A stretch of DNA of 64,000 nt from an uncultured Acetobacteraceae bacterium. GTDB taxonomy: Bacteria > Pseudomonadota > Alphaproteobacteria > Acetobacterales > Acetobacteraceae. The notes under the pieces were generated by a model. The model was not told the DNA's origin. It ran no database searches and worked only from the letters and a program-made list of their open reading frames with translations. Where the stretch lies: contig CAXTVQ010000003.1 of NCBI GenBank assembly GCA_964247705.1, positions 10,568 through 74,567 of the forward strand, given 5' to 3'. Numbering within the stretch: position 1 is the first letter of the stretch; each line of letters begins with the position of its first letter. Shown here one piece after another: positions 42,377 to 52,429 of this stretch. Both the position numbers and the translations under genes were made by a program.

Positions 42377-43462
42377 ATGAATGCGACCGACGAAAAGAAG
42401 CCTCCTCCGGAGCAGACCTCCGGCTGGCGTAGAGCGGCTGCCTGGTTTGCAGCCGGTGCGGTTTTCATCGTGATCGTGACCGTTGCGGTCGTGTCGTTCG
42501 ACGAGCCGCTGGTCAGGCAGACCAATCCGCAGACCGACAACGCCTATGTCGGCGGCGACACGGTGCCGATCGCGGCCCGGGTGCAGGGCTACCTCGTCGC
42601 ATTACCGGTGGCCGACAACCAACCGGTGCGCGCCGGAGACGCGCTGGCGCAAATCGACCCGGCGGATTACCAGGCGCAACTGGCCCAGGCGCAGGCGGCG
42701 CTCGAGGCGGCCCGGGCGCAGGTCGCGCGGCTGAACGCGCAATTGGGGCAACTCACCGCCCAGATCAGCCAGGCGCAGACCCAGGTGGCGTCCCAGCAGG
42801 CGCAAACCGTCCGCACGTCGCCCGAACTGGTCCGGCAGGAGAAGCTGATCAACACCGATGTCGGCGTGCGGCGGACGCTGGAACAGGCGCAGGCCGATCA
42901 GCAGCGCACCATGGCCGGGGTCGAGCAGGCGCACGCCGCCCTGATCGTGCGCGAGAAGCAGGTGGATACGCTGGCCGCGCAGCGGGACGAGGCGCTGGCC
43001 GCCGTCCTGGCGCGGCAGTCCGACCTGGCGTTGGCCGAGTTGAACCTGGGCTGGACGCGGGTGACCGCCCCTGCGGACGGCACATTGGCGGCGCGCCGCG
43101 TCCGGGTCGGGGATCTGCTGCAGCCCGGCGTGGTGATCACCGACCTCACCCCGCTCGACACCGTGTGGGTGGACGCGAACTTCACCGAGCGGCAGATCCC
43201 GCAGATGCATGTCGGCCAGCCAGCGCGGCTCCGGGTGGATGCGTTCCCCGACCAGCCGCTCGACGGGCACGTGGTGGGGCTGTCGCCGCTGACCGGCAGC
43301 CAGATGAGCGCGATCCCGCCCGACAACACGACCGGCAACTTCACCAAGATCGTGCAGCGGGTGGACGTGCGGATCGCGATCGACTGGCACGGCAGCGTGC
43401 TGATCGGGCGGGTGCGGCCAGGCATGTCCGTGACCGCCACCGTGTTCACGGACCGGGGCTGA
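42377..43462 (+). CDS. HlyD/EmrA-family membrane fusion protein (first copy)
   Basis: N-terminal TM helix, lipoyl-like VQGYLVALPVADNQPVRAGD, a long Ala/Gln coiled coil and the EmrA-type GNFTKIVQRVDVRI motif. Confidence 0.9.
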   Translation: MNATDEKKPPPEQTSGWRRAAAWFAAGAVFIVIVTVAVVSFDEPLVRQTNPQTDNAYVGGDTVPIAARVQGYLVALPVADNQPVRAGDALAQIDPADYQAQLAQAQAALEAARAQVARLNAQLGQLTAQISQAQTQVASQQAQTVRTSPELVRQEKLINTDVGVRRTLEQAQADQQRTMAGVEQAHAALIVREKQVDTLAAQRDEALAAVLARQSDLALAELNLGWTRVTAPADGTLAARRVRVGDLLQPGVVITDLTPLDTVWVDANFTERQIPQMHVGQPARLRVDAFPDQPLDGHVVGLSPLTGSQMSAIPPDNTTGNFTKIVQRVDVRIAIDWHGSVLIGRVRPGMSVTATVFTDRG

Positions 43463-44493
43463 TGAGGAACCTGATTGTCCGGGCGGTGGTGGCCAGCCTC
43501 TTGCTGCTGGCGGCGGGCATGTTCGCGGTCGATTGGAACCAACTCATCCTGACCGGAACGCGCCGCAACACGGACGATGCTACGCTGCAGGGCAACCCGG
43601 TCACGCTGCAGACCCGCGTCACGGGTTACCTCACCGGCGTGCCGGCGGCCGACTTCCAGGTGGTGCAGAAGGGCGACCTGTTGTTCCAGGTGGAGGACAC
43701 CGACTACCGCGCCCGGGTGGACCGGGCCGTCGCGGACCTGGCGCAGGCGGAAGCGGCAGTGCGGGTCGCGGACGCCGAGGTCGCGCAGGGCGAGGCGGAA
43801 CTCGGGGTGGCGGTGGCCTCCATCCACAATGCAGACGCCGGCTTGCACCAGGCGCGGCTGGAGATGATCCGGCAGTCCTTGCTGGTGCACACGGAATCGT
43901 ACCTGCAGCGGGACTACCAGAACGCGCAGGCGTCGCAGGACAGCCAGCAGGCGGCCAAGGACGGACGGATCAAGGACTTGGCCGCCGATGAGGCGCAGTT
44001 GGACGTGCTGCGCGCCCAGGCCCAGGCGGCAAGGGCGCAGGTCGATGCCAACCGGGCGGCGCTCGACTTCGCGCGCATCCAGCTCGGCTACACCCGGATA
44101 ACGGCGCCGGTAGACGGCGTGACGACCGCCCGGCTGCTGCGCCGGGGGGCGTTCGCATCGGCCGGCAGCACGCTGATCACTGTGGTGCCGCTGATGCCGG
44201 TCTGGGTGGTTGCGAACTACCGGGAGGTGGCGCTGACCAACATGCTGCCGGGCCAGCCGGTGGACGTGCACGTGGACGCCCTGCCCGGCCTGATGCTGCG
44301 GGGCCACGTGGACAGCCTGGAACCCGAGAGCCAGGCGGCGCTGTCCGCATTGCCGCCCGACCGTGCCGCGGGCAACTTCACCAAGGTGACGCAGCGTGTG
44401 CCGGTGAAAATCGACCTCGAGCCGCGCCCCGATCTGGCGGGTGGGCTCCGGCCAGGCTTGTCCGCCGAAACCTGGGTCGATACGCATAAATGA
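43462..44493 (+). CDS. HlyD/EmrA-family membrane fusion protein (second copy)
   Basis: The ATG overlaps the previous stop (TGATG). It has the same architecture as the first copy: TM helix, VTGYLTGVPAADFQVVQKGD, coiled coil and GNFTKVTQRVPVKI. Confidence 0.88.
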   Translation: MRNLIVRAVVASLLLLAAGMFAVDWNQLILTGTRRNTDDATLQGNPVTLQTRVTGYLTGVPAADFQVVQKGDLLFQVEDTDYRARVDRAVADLAQAEAAVRVADAEVAQGEAELGVAVASIHNADAGLHQARLEMIRQSLLVHTESYLQRDYQNAQASQDSQQAAKDGRIKDLAADEAQLDVLRAQAQAARAQVDANRAALDFARIQLGYTRITAPVDGVTTARLLRRGAFASAGSTLITVVPLMPVWVVANYREVALTNMLPGQPVDVHVDALPGLMLRGHVDSLEPESQAALSALPPDRAAGNFTKVTQRVPVKIDLEPRPDLAGGLRPGLSAETWVDTHK

Positions 44494-46055
44494 GGCTGTT
44501 CGGGCCGCTTGCCCCGGAGCCGCTTGCGCCGCCGCCGGACGGCAAGCCACAGGGCCCGCCACCGATCACCTGGCTCTTGGCGGTTGGGATGGCCGGGGCG
44601 GCGCTCGGCTCCGTCATCTCGAACCTGGACACGCGGCTGACGGCGTTCTCGTTGGCCGACTTGCGGGGCGGCGCCGGGTTCGGCGTGGACGAGGCGTCCT
44701 GGGTGTCGCAGGCCTACAACATCGCCGAGGTCATGGTGGTGCCGGTGACGCCGTGGCTGTCGTCGATCGTCTCGCCGCGGCGCGCCATCGCAGCCGCAGC
44801 GGCTTTGCTGACCGTGGCCGGCGCGTTCGTGCCGATTTCGACCAACCACTACCCGCTGCTGGTTCTGCTGCGGTTTCTGCAAGGCCTGGGCGGCGGCGCG
44901 CTGATCCCGCTCCTGCTGCTGACGGTGCTGCGCTTCACGCCCCTGCATCAGCGGGTGTTCGGGCTGGCGTTGTACGGCTTCATCACCGCCGTCACGCCGC
45001 TGCTAGCCGAGAGCCTCGCCGGCACCCTGGTCGAGCAGATCGGGTGGCAGTCGATCTTCTATATCGGCCTGGCGTTCGGGCCCTTCGTGGTTTTGCTGGT
45101 GCTGATCGGGCTGCCGCAGGAGCCGCTCAAGCCGGATCCGTTTGCCAACACGGATTACGGGGGGATGCTGCTGCTCGCCTTGTTCGCCGGCACGCTGACG
45201 GCGGGGCTCGGCCAGGGGCAACGGCTGGACTGGTTCGACTCGCCGCTGATCGACAGCCTGTTCGCCAGCGCGTTCTTCGCGCTGCTGGCCTTCCTGGTGC
45301 TGGAGTTGTCGCTGGAAAAACCGCTGATCGACCTGAGCCTGCTCAAGCGGCTGAATTTCTCGGGCGGGCTGCTGATGATCTTCGCCTTCGCCTTCGCCTC
45401 GCTGTTCACCGGCAGCATCCTGCCGATGTTCGGGCAGGAGGTGCGCAGCTACCGCGAGCCGCAAGTCGGCGCCATCCTGATCTTCGGAGCGCTCGCCCAG
45501 TTGGTGACCGTGCTGGTCGTCCCGTTCATGATCCGGGCGTTGGAGGTGCGTGTGGTGATCGCCCTAGGGCTGTTCGCGGCGGCGCTGGCGGACCGTCTGG
45601 CGACCTTCATCGACAGCGAGTGGATCATCACCGACGTCATCCTCTCGCTGCTGATCGCAAGCGCCTCGCAGATCCTGATCCTGGTGCCCACCACCGTCGT
45701 CAGCACGAGCGTGCTCAAACCGGAGGACGCGTTGTCCGGCGGAACGATCTTCAACGTCGTGCGCAACCTGGCGGTGACCGTCAGCGGCGCCGTGATGGGC
45801 GGCGTGCTGACGGTGCGCGAGCGGGTGCACTCATTCTTCATCGTCGATCACCTGAACATCGGCGCGCCGCTGACGGCCGGCCGGGAGCAAGCGGACGGCC
45901 TGCAGGCGCTGGCCCTGGCGGTGCGTGCCCAGGCCACCACGGAGGCGACGGCGGACGCCTTCGGCTGGAGCGGGATCGCCGCCATCATCGCGTTCGCCGT
46001 GGTGCTGGTGCTGAACCCGACCAAGATCCCCTATCCGCCGGGCAAGCAGCCATGA
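44490..46055 (+). CDS. MFS transporter, DHA2/EmrB-like (about 14 TM)
   Basis: The ATG overlaps the previous stop (ATGA). 521 aa, with SWVSQAYNIAE and LRFLQGLGGGALIP blocks typical of EmrB-type pumps. Confidence 0.87.
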   Translation: MRLFGPLAPEPLAPPPDGKPQGPPPITWLLAVGMAGAALGSVISNLDTRLTAFSLADLRGGAGFGVDEASWVSQAYNIAEVMVVPVTPWLSSIVSPRRAIAAAAALLTVAGAFVPISTNHYPLLVLLRFLQGLGGGALIPLLLLTVLRFTPLHQRVFGLALYGFITAVTPLLAESLAGTLVEQIGWQSIFYIGLAFGPFVVLLVLIGLPQEPLKPDPFANTDYGGMLLLALFAGTLTAGLGQGQRLDWFDSPLIDSLFASAFFALLAFLVLELSLEKPLIDLSLLKRLNFSGGLLMIFAFAFASLFTGSILPMFGQEVRSYREPQVGAILIFGALAQLVTVLVVPFMIRALEVRVVIALGLFAAALADRLATFIDSEWIITDVILSLLIASASQILILVPTTVVSTSVLKPEDALSGGTIFNVVRNLAVTVSGAVMGGVLTVRERVHSFFIVDHLNIGAPLTAGREQADGLQALALAVRAQATTEATADAFGWSGIAAIIAFAVVLVLNPTKIPYPPGKQP

Positions 46056-47419
46056 TGTGGCGGGCGGCCCTGCTGGCGCTGCTGCCGGCCGCAGCGCTGG
46101 CGCAGCATCCCGTGGTGCTGGACCCGGCGTTCGAGCACGCGTTGTCGCTGGCCTACCTGTATAATCCGCAGTTGCTGGCCGAGCGGCAACGGTTGCGCGA
46201 GACCGACGAGGGCGTCCCGCGGGCGCTGTCCGGCTGGCGCCCCAACGTGCAGGTGCGCGGTGCCTTCGGCGGTTCGGAAATTTTCGACAGCGTCGACAAG
46301 ATCCACTCGCCGGAGCAACGCTCGCCGCAGAGTGGGGACATCGTGCTCAACCAGCCGCTGTACACCGGCGGCCGGGTCGGCGCGCAGGTGTCGCAGGCGG
46401 AGGCGCTGGTCGTGGCGGAACGTGCCGCATTGCGGGCGAGCGAGGCCGAAGTTCTGCTTGCCGCCGCCACCGCCTACCTGGATGTGGCGCGGGACGAGCG
46501 GATCGTGCTGCTGAACCGCAATCAGACGGCGGTGTTGGAGCGCACCCTGCATGCGACCGAGCAGGAGCTTGCCGCCGGCGCCGTGACCGAAACGGACGTG
46601 GCGCAGTCCCGGGCCCGCCTGGCCGATCAGCGCGGCAACCAGGCGCAGGTGGAGGCACAGCTCGCCGCCTCCCGCGCCACGTATCAGCAGCAAGTGGGCG
46701 AGCTGCCCGGCTTGCTGGACCTGCCGCGCCTGGTGTTGCCCGTGCCGGCGGACCGGCGGGCGGTGCTGGCGCTGGTGCCGAGCAACAACTTCGACATCCA
46801 GCAATCCCGCAGTGCGCTGGAGGCGAGTCGCCAAGGCATCGACATCGCCCGCTCCGGATTGCTGCCGAAGCTCTCGATGGAGCTGAGGGGCACCCGCGTG
46901 AAGGACACGGACGTGCAGGCCTACCGGCAGCGCGACAACATCGCCGAGGGTACGCTGCAGTTCAGCGTGCCGTTGTACCAGGGTGGCGGTCCGGCAGCCG
47001 AGACCCGGCAAGCGAAGGAGGCGGCGGCCCGCAGCCTGCTGCAGGTCGACGTCGTGGTGCGGCAGGCAGTGCGGCAGGCGCAGACGGCGTGGGACATGCT
47101 CGACGCCGGCCGCACCCGGGTCGCGCAGGCGCGGATCTCTATCGACGCCAACACGATTGCCGCCCGGGGTGTCGCGCGGCAGCAGAGCGTGGGCGCCCGC
47201 ACGTTGCTCGAGGTGCTCAATGCACAACAGGAGTTGCTGACGGCCGAGGTGAGCATGGCCCGCGCCACGCGTGACGAGCAGGCCGCGGAACTGGAGGTGC
47301 TCGCAGTTGTCGGCCGGCTGACGGCGGAGCAGATCGGGCTGCATGTGCCGGTGTATGATCCGAACCGGCACTATCTCGAGACACGGGACAGGTGGGGTGG
47401 GTTGACGCCGGCGCCTTGA
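46052..47419 (+). CDS. TolC-family outer membrane efflux protein
   Basis: The ATG overlaps the MFS stop. Signal peptide ends AALA. Two repeated alpha/beta halves are present, with YNPQLLAERQR and LPKLSMELRG motifs. Confidence 0.9.
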   Translation: MMWRAALLALLPAAALAQHPVVLDPAFEHALSLAYLYNPQLLAERQRLRETDEGVPRALSGWRPNVQVRGAFGGSEIFDSVDKIHSPEQRSPQSGDIVLNQPLYTGGRVGAQVSQAEALVVAERAALRASEAEVLLAAATAYLDVARDERIVLLNRNQTAVLERTLHATEQELAAGAVTETDVAQSRARLADQRGNQAQVEAQLAASRATYQQQVGELPGLLDLPRLVLPVPADRRAVLALVPSNNFDIQQSRSALEASRQGIDIARSGLLPKLSMELRGTRVKDTDVQAYRQRDNIAEGTLQFSVPLYQGGGPAAETRQAKEAAARSLLQVDVVVRQAVRQAQTAWDMLDAGRTRVAQARISIDANTIAARGVARQQSVGARTLLEVLNAQQELLTAEVSMARATRDEQAAELEVLAVVGRLTAEQIGLHVPVYDPNRHYLETRDRWGGLTPAP

Positions 47420-47450
47420 ACCGTGCGTGCGGTGGCGCGCGATACCCGCG

Positions 47451-47783
47451 CTACTTCTTGGTGTCGTTGGCGATGACGGGGTCGATCACGGTATTGATGG
47501 TCTCGCGGACGGCGGTGACGCGGACGTTCGGGGCCAGCTCGATCTCGACCTCATTGCTGCCCTCCTTCACGCGCTGGACCACGCCGATCAGGCCGCCGCC
47601 GGTGACCACCTTGTCGCCGCGGCGCAGTGCGGCCAGGCGGGTCTTCAGCTTTTTCTGCGCGGTCTGCTGCGGGCGGATGAGCAGGAAGTAGAATACCCCG
47701 AAGATCAGGACGATCGGCAGGAACTGGCTGTACTGCGCGAGCGAGCCGCTGAGGGACTGCGCGTAGGCGGGGCTGATGAACAT
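47451..47783 (-). CDS. yajC: Preprotein translocase subunit YajC
   Basis: ATG 47783. FLPIVLIFGVFYFLLIRPQQ...LRRGDKVVTGGGLIG is the YajC signature. 110 aa. Confidence 0.9.
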   Translation of the reverse strand: MFISPAYAQSLSGSLAQYSQFLPIVLIFGVFYFLLIRPQQTAQKKLKTRLAALRRGDKVVTGGGLIGVVQRVKEGSNEVEIELAPNVRVTAVRETINTVIDPVIANDTKK

Positions 47784-47854
47784 TGAAGGTCCGGGTTGCG
47801 GTGCGTGGCGGCGGACCATAGTTTGCCGCGCTTTCCCGTCAAGTTGAGGCCATT

Positions 47855-48724
47855 TTGGACGCAAACCTGCTGCCCGTGCTCACCCGAATCGCCGACGCGC
47901 TGGAGCGGCTGGCCCCGGCGCCCCCGGCTACGGTCGCACTTGCGGACGCGGACGCCTTCGTATGGCACCCGGACGGGGGACGGCTGCAGCCGGTGACGCA
48001 TGTCTCGGCGGTGCGGCTCGACCTGCTGCAGGGGATTGAGGCGCAGCGCGACCGGCTGCTGCCCAACACGCTGCGCTTTGCCGCCGGGTTGCCCGCCAAC
48101 AATGCCATGCTGTGGGGTGCGCGGGGGACCGGCAAGTCCTCGCTGGTGAAGGCGGCCCATGCCGAGGCGTTGCGCCAGCATCCGGGCAGCGTCGCCCTGA
48201 TCGAGATCGCACGGGAGGACATCGTGACCCTGCCGGCGCTGCTGAACCTGCTGCGGCCGTCCCGCCGGCGCTGCATCATCTTTTGCGACGATCTTAGTTT
48301 CGAACGGGAAGATGCTGATTATAAAGCACTCAAGTCTGTTCTGGACGGCGGCATCGAGGGACGGCCGGAAACCGTGCTGTTCTACGCGACATCCAACCGC
48401 CGCCATCTGATGCCGCGCGACATGATCGAGAACGAACGCGGGAGCGCGATCAACCCGGGCGAGGCAGTGGAGGAGAAGGTATCCCTCTCGGACCGGTTCG
48501 GGCTTTGGATCGGCTTCCACAACACCGACCAGCCGACCTATCTGGCGATGGTGGAGGCATATGCTGCGGACCTCGATCTGCCGGTCGGCGTTGAGGCCTT
48601 GCGGGCCGAGGCGATCGCCTGGTCCGCCGGGCGGGGCGGCCGGTCGGGCCGAGTCGCGTGGCAGTTCATTCAGGACCTGGCCGGCCGGCTAGGCGAAACA
48701 TCCGAGCGAAGCATGGGGGAGTGA
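47855..48724 (+). CDS. DUF815-family AAA-type ATPase
   Basis: TTG start 7 nt after GAGG. Walker A WGARGTGKSSLV and Walker B IIFCDDLSF are present. Confidence 0.8.
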   Translation: MDANLLPVLTRIADALERLAPAPPATVALADADAFVWHPDGGRLQPVTHVSAVRLDLLQGIEAQRDRLLPNTLRFAAGLPANNAMLWGARGTGKSSLVKAAHAEALRQHPGSVALIEIAREDIVTLPALLNLLRPSRRRCIIFCDDLSFEREDADYKALKSVLDGGIEGRPETVLFYATSNRRHLMPRDMIENERGSAINPGEAVEEKVSLSDRFGLWIGFHNTDQPTYLAMVEAYAADLDLPVGVEALRAEAIAWSAGRGGRSGRVAWQFIQDLAGRLGETSERSMGE

Positions 48725-48728
48725 GCAC

Positions 48729-49601
48729 ATGGCAATAGCGACCGAGCAGGTTCCAGGCGTCTACCGCCGCCGGGTCGGGGAGGTGCTGGTCACGGCGCTG
48801 AACGACGGCAGCATCGTGCTGCCCGCGGAGGTGTTGCTGAACATCACGCCGGACGAGCGCGAGACGCTGCTGCACGCGGCCGGGCGCCGGCCGCCGTTCC
48901 ACACGGCGATCAACGCCTTCCTGCTGCAATGGCCGGAACGGACGGTGCTGATCGACACGGGCGCTGGCAAGGCGATGGGCCCGACGGCGGGCCGGCTACT
49001 GGCCAACCTCCGTGCTGCCGGGATCACACCCGGCGACGTCACGGACGTCGTGCTGACCCATATGCATGTCGATCATGTCGGAGGGCTGTTGGACCAAGCC
49101 GGCGCCCGCGCGTTCCTGAACGCCCAGCTTTGGGTCGCCGAGGAGGAGATCGCCTTTTGGCAGGATGACGCCAAGAAGGCCGCCGCTCCGGAACTATACC
49201 GAAGCAGTTTCGACATGGCCCGGCAGATGGTGCGGCCGTATGCCGACCGCCTGCACCGGTTCCCATACGGGGAGGTCATGCCCGGGCTCGAAGCCATCGC
49301 CACGCCGGGACATACGCCGGGCCACACCAGCTACCTGCTCTCGAGTGCCGGCGCCAAGCTGCTGATCTGGGGCGACGTCGTCCATGTCCAGGCGGTCCAG
49401 ACGGCGCGCCCGGATGTGAGCATGAGCTTCGACAGTGACCCGGCGCAGGCCGAGCAAACCCGGCGCGCCATTTTCGAACGCGCCGCGAAGGAGGATCTGC
49501 TGGTCAACGGCATGCACCTGTCCTTCCCCGGGTTCGGCCGGGTCGCTCGGGCTGGCGAGGCGTACGTGCTCCAGCCGGAGGTGTGGCAGGGCGAGGTCTG
49601 A
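48729..49601 (+). CDS. MBL-fold metallo-hydrolase (lactonase-like)
   Basis: HxHxDH motif THMHVDHVGG and a later TPGHTPGH. Lies 4 nt after the DUF815 gene. Confidence 0.85.
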   Translation: MAIATEQVPGVYRRRVGEVLVTALNDGSIVLPAEVLLNITPDERETLLHAAGRRPPFHTAINAFLLQWPERTVLIDTGAGKAMGPTAGRLLANLRAAGITPGDVTDVVLTHMHVDHVGGLLDQAGARAFLNAQLWVAEEEIAFWQDDAKKAAAPELYRSSFDMARQMVRPYADRLHRFPYGEVMPGLEAIATPGHTPGHTSYLLSSAGAKLLIWGDVVHVQAVQTARPDVSMSFDSDPAQAEQTRRAIFERAAKEDLLVNGMHLSFPGFGRVARAGEAYVLQPEVWQGEV

Positions 49602-49608
49602 CGCCGGC

Positions 49609-50034
49609 TTAGTGGACGAACACCTGCACCTGTCGGGTCGTCACACCGGCATCGGCGCGGGCGGAGAGATGGATGCGGTCGTCGTCCACCCCGTCCGCGT
49701 TGATGGCGCGGGCGACGTTACGCGCGTCCCCGGTTATGCCCGTGGCGGCTGCCACTTGCTGGGCAGGCGTTCCGGTTGCGGGCACCACGCTGACGACGTC
49801 GAACACCACGTCCGACTTGCGGCCGACAGCGTCCCGCACTGCCTCGTCGAGCTCGGCAGCATAGTTCGGGTTCGGCTTGGACACGTCGATGGTGACGAGC
49901 GCCACGGTCGCTGCCGGGCCGGGCGGGGCCGGCACGCGCTTTATAATGCCCGCTTGCGGATCAAAGGTGCGCTGATCCACCAGGGTGCAGCCGAACAGGA
50001 AAGCGGATCCGGCGAGGGCGATGATGCGGCGCAT
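49609..50034 (-). CDS. Hypothetical lipoprotein
   Basis: MRRIIALAGSAFLFGC lipobox. An alternative ATG lies at 50049. No family recognised. Confidence 0.5.
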   Translation of the reverse strand: MRRIIALAGSAFLFGCTLVDQRTFDPQAGIIKRVPAPPGPAATVALVTIDVSKPNPNYAAELDEAVRDAVGRKSDVVFDVVSVVPATGTPAQQVAAATGITGDARNVARAINADGVDDDRIHLSARADAGVTTRQVQVFVH

Positions 50035-50097
50035 CGCCGCACGTTGCATCAAACCCGCACACGGGCAAGATGCCGGGCCGCTTTGGAGAGCCCCCTG

Positions 50098-51351
50098 ATG
50101 TCCGCACCCGCGCAAACACCCGCAAGCAACCGACGCATCGACGGCCGCCGGCTATGGGACAGCCTGATGGCGATGGCCGAGATCGGGGCCACGGCGAAGG
50201 GCGGCGTGCGGCGGCTGGCGCTGAGCGATGTGGACCGGGCTGGGCGCGCGCAATTCCGGCAATGGTGCGAAGCCGCCGGGCTGCATGTGCGGGTGGACGC
50301 GATGGGCAATATGTTCGCCCGCCGCGAGGGCCGGGACCCGTCGCGCCCGCCCGTGCTGTTCGGCAGCCACCTCGACAGCCAGCCTACGGGCGGCAAGTTC
50401 GACGGCGCCTTGGGGGTGATGGCAGGGCTCGAAGTGATGCGCACACTGGACGATCTGGGGGTCGAGACGGAGGCGCCGGTCGAACTGGTGAACTGGACCG
50501 ACGAGGAGGGTGCGCGGTTCGGCAAGGCGATGATGGGCAGCGGGGTGTGGGCCGGCGTATTCACCCAGACCGAGACCGAGGCGTTGCGCGACTCCGATGG
50601 GGTCAGCCTCGGGGAGGCGCTGGACGGCATCGGCGCGCGTGGCGGCAGCCCGGCCCATGTGTTTCCCGCGGACAGCTATTTCGAGCTGCACATCGAGCAG
50701 GGTCCGATCCTGGAACGCGAGGGTAAGACGATCGGCGTCGTTACCGGCGGGCAGGCGCAGGTGTGGTACGACGCCGTGGTGACCGGTCAGGACAGCCACG
50801 CCGGCACTACGCCGCCCGAAGCACGGCGTGATGCTCTGGTGGGAGCGGCACGCATTATTGACTTGGTGGACCGCACCATGCGCGCCCGCGGCGAGTTGGG
50901 ACGCGGGACGGTGGGTCAGCTTTTCGTGCTGCCGAACAGCCGCAACGTGATTCCGGGCGAGGTGCGTTTCTCGGTCGAGTTCCGTCACCCGGACGAGGCC
51001 GAGCTGGAGCGTATCGCTACGCAGTTCCCGCAGCACGCCGAATCCCTGGCCCGCGACACGGGCGTGGCGCTCGCGCTGACCCAACGCGTCCGCATACCGG
51101 CCCAGCCGTTCGATACGGCTTGCGTCGCCCTGGTGCGGGATGCGGCTGCACGGCTCGGCTATCCCGCGCGGGACATCGTTTCCGGCGCGGGACACGACGC
51201 GATCTTCGTGGCGCCGGTGGTGCCGAGCGCCATGATCTTCACGCCCTGCCGCGACGGCCTGTCGCATAACGAGGCGGAAAGCGTTGAGCCGGAGCAGGTG
51301 GAGGCCGGGTGCCAGGTGCTGCTCGAAGTGGTGCTCGCCCGCGCCGGATAG
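50098..51351 (+). CDS. M20-family Zn-dependent amidase (N-carbamoyl-L-amino-acid / allantoate amidohydrolase-like)
   Basis: ATG 50098. GSHLDSQPTGGKFDGALGV and NWTDEEGARFG motifs are present. The upstream portion of ORF 49435..51351 was rejected. Confidence 0.87.
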   Translation: MSAPAQTPASNRRIDGRRLWDSLMAMAEIGATAKGGVRRLALSDVDRAGRAQFRQWCEAAGLHVRVDAMGNMFARREGRDPSRPPVLFGSHLDSQPTGGKFDGALGVMAGLEVMRTLDDLGVETEAPVELVNWTDEEGARFGKAMMGSGVWAGVFTQTETEALRDSDGVSLGEALDGIGARGGSPAHVFPADSYFELHIEQGPILEREGKTIGVVTGGQAQVWYDAVVTGQDSHAGTTPPEARRDALVGAARIIDLVDRTMRARGELGRGTVGQLFVLPNSRNVIPGEVRFSVEFRHPDEAELERIATQFPQHAESLARDTGVALALTQRVRIPAQPFDTACVALVRDAAARLGYPARDIVSGAGHDAIFVAPVVPSAMIFTPCRDGLSHNEAESVEPEQVEAGCQVLLEVVLARAG

Positions 51352-51446
51352 ATACGGCAGCTACTCTGACGTGTTACGGAATTCACTTGATCGAGTGGAA
51401 TTTTGTGACATATTGGCAGGACCAATAAGAACGGTCGAGGCTGGTC

Positions 51447-52427
51447 ATGTACACGCAAGCCCTGAATGCCGCCGACAAGGTTCGCGCTACCGAGGATCCG
51501 GCTCTGCTGGAACGCTTTCAGGCCCGTATCGACGCCGAGGACCGGATCGAGGCGAACGATTGGATGCCAGCCGCTTATCGCCGGACGCTGACGCGGCAAA
51601 TCAGCCAGCATGCCCATAGCGAGATCGTCGGCCAGCTTCCCGAAGGCAATTGGCTGACCCGTGCGCCTTCGTTGCGCCGCAAGGCCGCGTTGCTGGCCAA
51701 GGTGCAGGACGAGTGCGGGCACGGCTTGTACCTTTATGCTGCGGCGGAGACGCTCGGCACCAGCCGGGAGGCGTTGGTGGACGGGTTGCTCGAAGGCCGG
51801 GCGAAGTATTCATCGATCTTCAACTATCCCACGCTCACCTGGGCGGACATCGGCGCGATCGGGTGGCTGGTGGACGGGGCGGCGATCATGAACCAGATCC
51901 CGCTATGCCGCTGTTCCTACGGGCCTTACGCCCGCGCCATGATCCGCGTGTGCAAGGAAGAAAGCTTCCACCAGCGCCAGGGTTACGAGATCATGCTGAC
52001 GCTCTGCGCCGGAACGCCGGAGCAGAAGGCGATGGCGCAGGACGCGCTGGACCGCTGGTGGTGGCCCTGCCTGATGATGTTCGGCCCGCCGGACGGTGAG
52101 AGCCAGCATTCGGACCAGAGCACGGCGTGGAAGATCAAGCGCTTCAGCAATGACGAACTGCGGCAGAAGTTCGTGGACGCGACGGTGCCGCAAGCCCGGA
52201 AGATCGGCCTCACCATCCCCGACCCGGCGATGACGCAGGACACCGACGGCCACTGGCATCACGGCCCGATCGACTGGGAGGAGTTCCGCCAGGTGCTGGC
52301 AGGCAACGGGCCGTGCAACCGCGAGCGCCTCGCTACGCGCCGCCGCAGCCACGAAGACGGTGCATGGGTCCGTGAAGCCGCCGCTGCCCATGCCGCCAAG
52401 CGCGCCGCGATGAAGCAGGCGGCCTGA
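51447..52427 (+). CDS. paaA: 1,2-phenylacetyl-CoA epoxidase subunit A
   Basis: Di-iron ligand blocks [10 protein letters not shown] and [10 protein letters not shown]...EESFHQRQG are present. 326 aa. Confidence 0.95.
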   Translation: MYTQALNAADKVRATEDPALLERFQARIDAEDRIEANDWMPAAYRRTLTRQISQHAHSEIVGQLPEGNWLTRAPSLRRKAALLAKVQDECGHGLYLYAAAETLGTSREALVDGLLEGRAKYSSIFNYPTLTWADIGAIGWLVDGAAIMNQIPLCRCSYGPYARAMIRVCKEESFHQRQGYEIMLTLCAGTPEQKAMAQDALDRWWWPCLMMFGPPDGESQHSDQSTAWKIKRFSNDELRQKFVDATVPQARKIGLTIPDPAMTQDTDGHWHHGPIDWEEFRQVLAGNGPCNRERLATRRRSHEDGAWVREAAAAHAAKRAAMKQAA

Positions 52428-52429
52428 GT

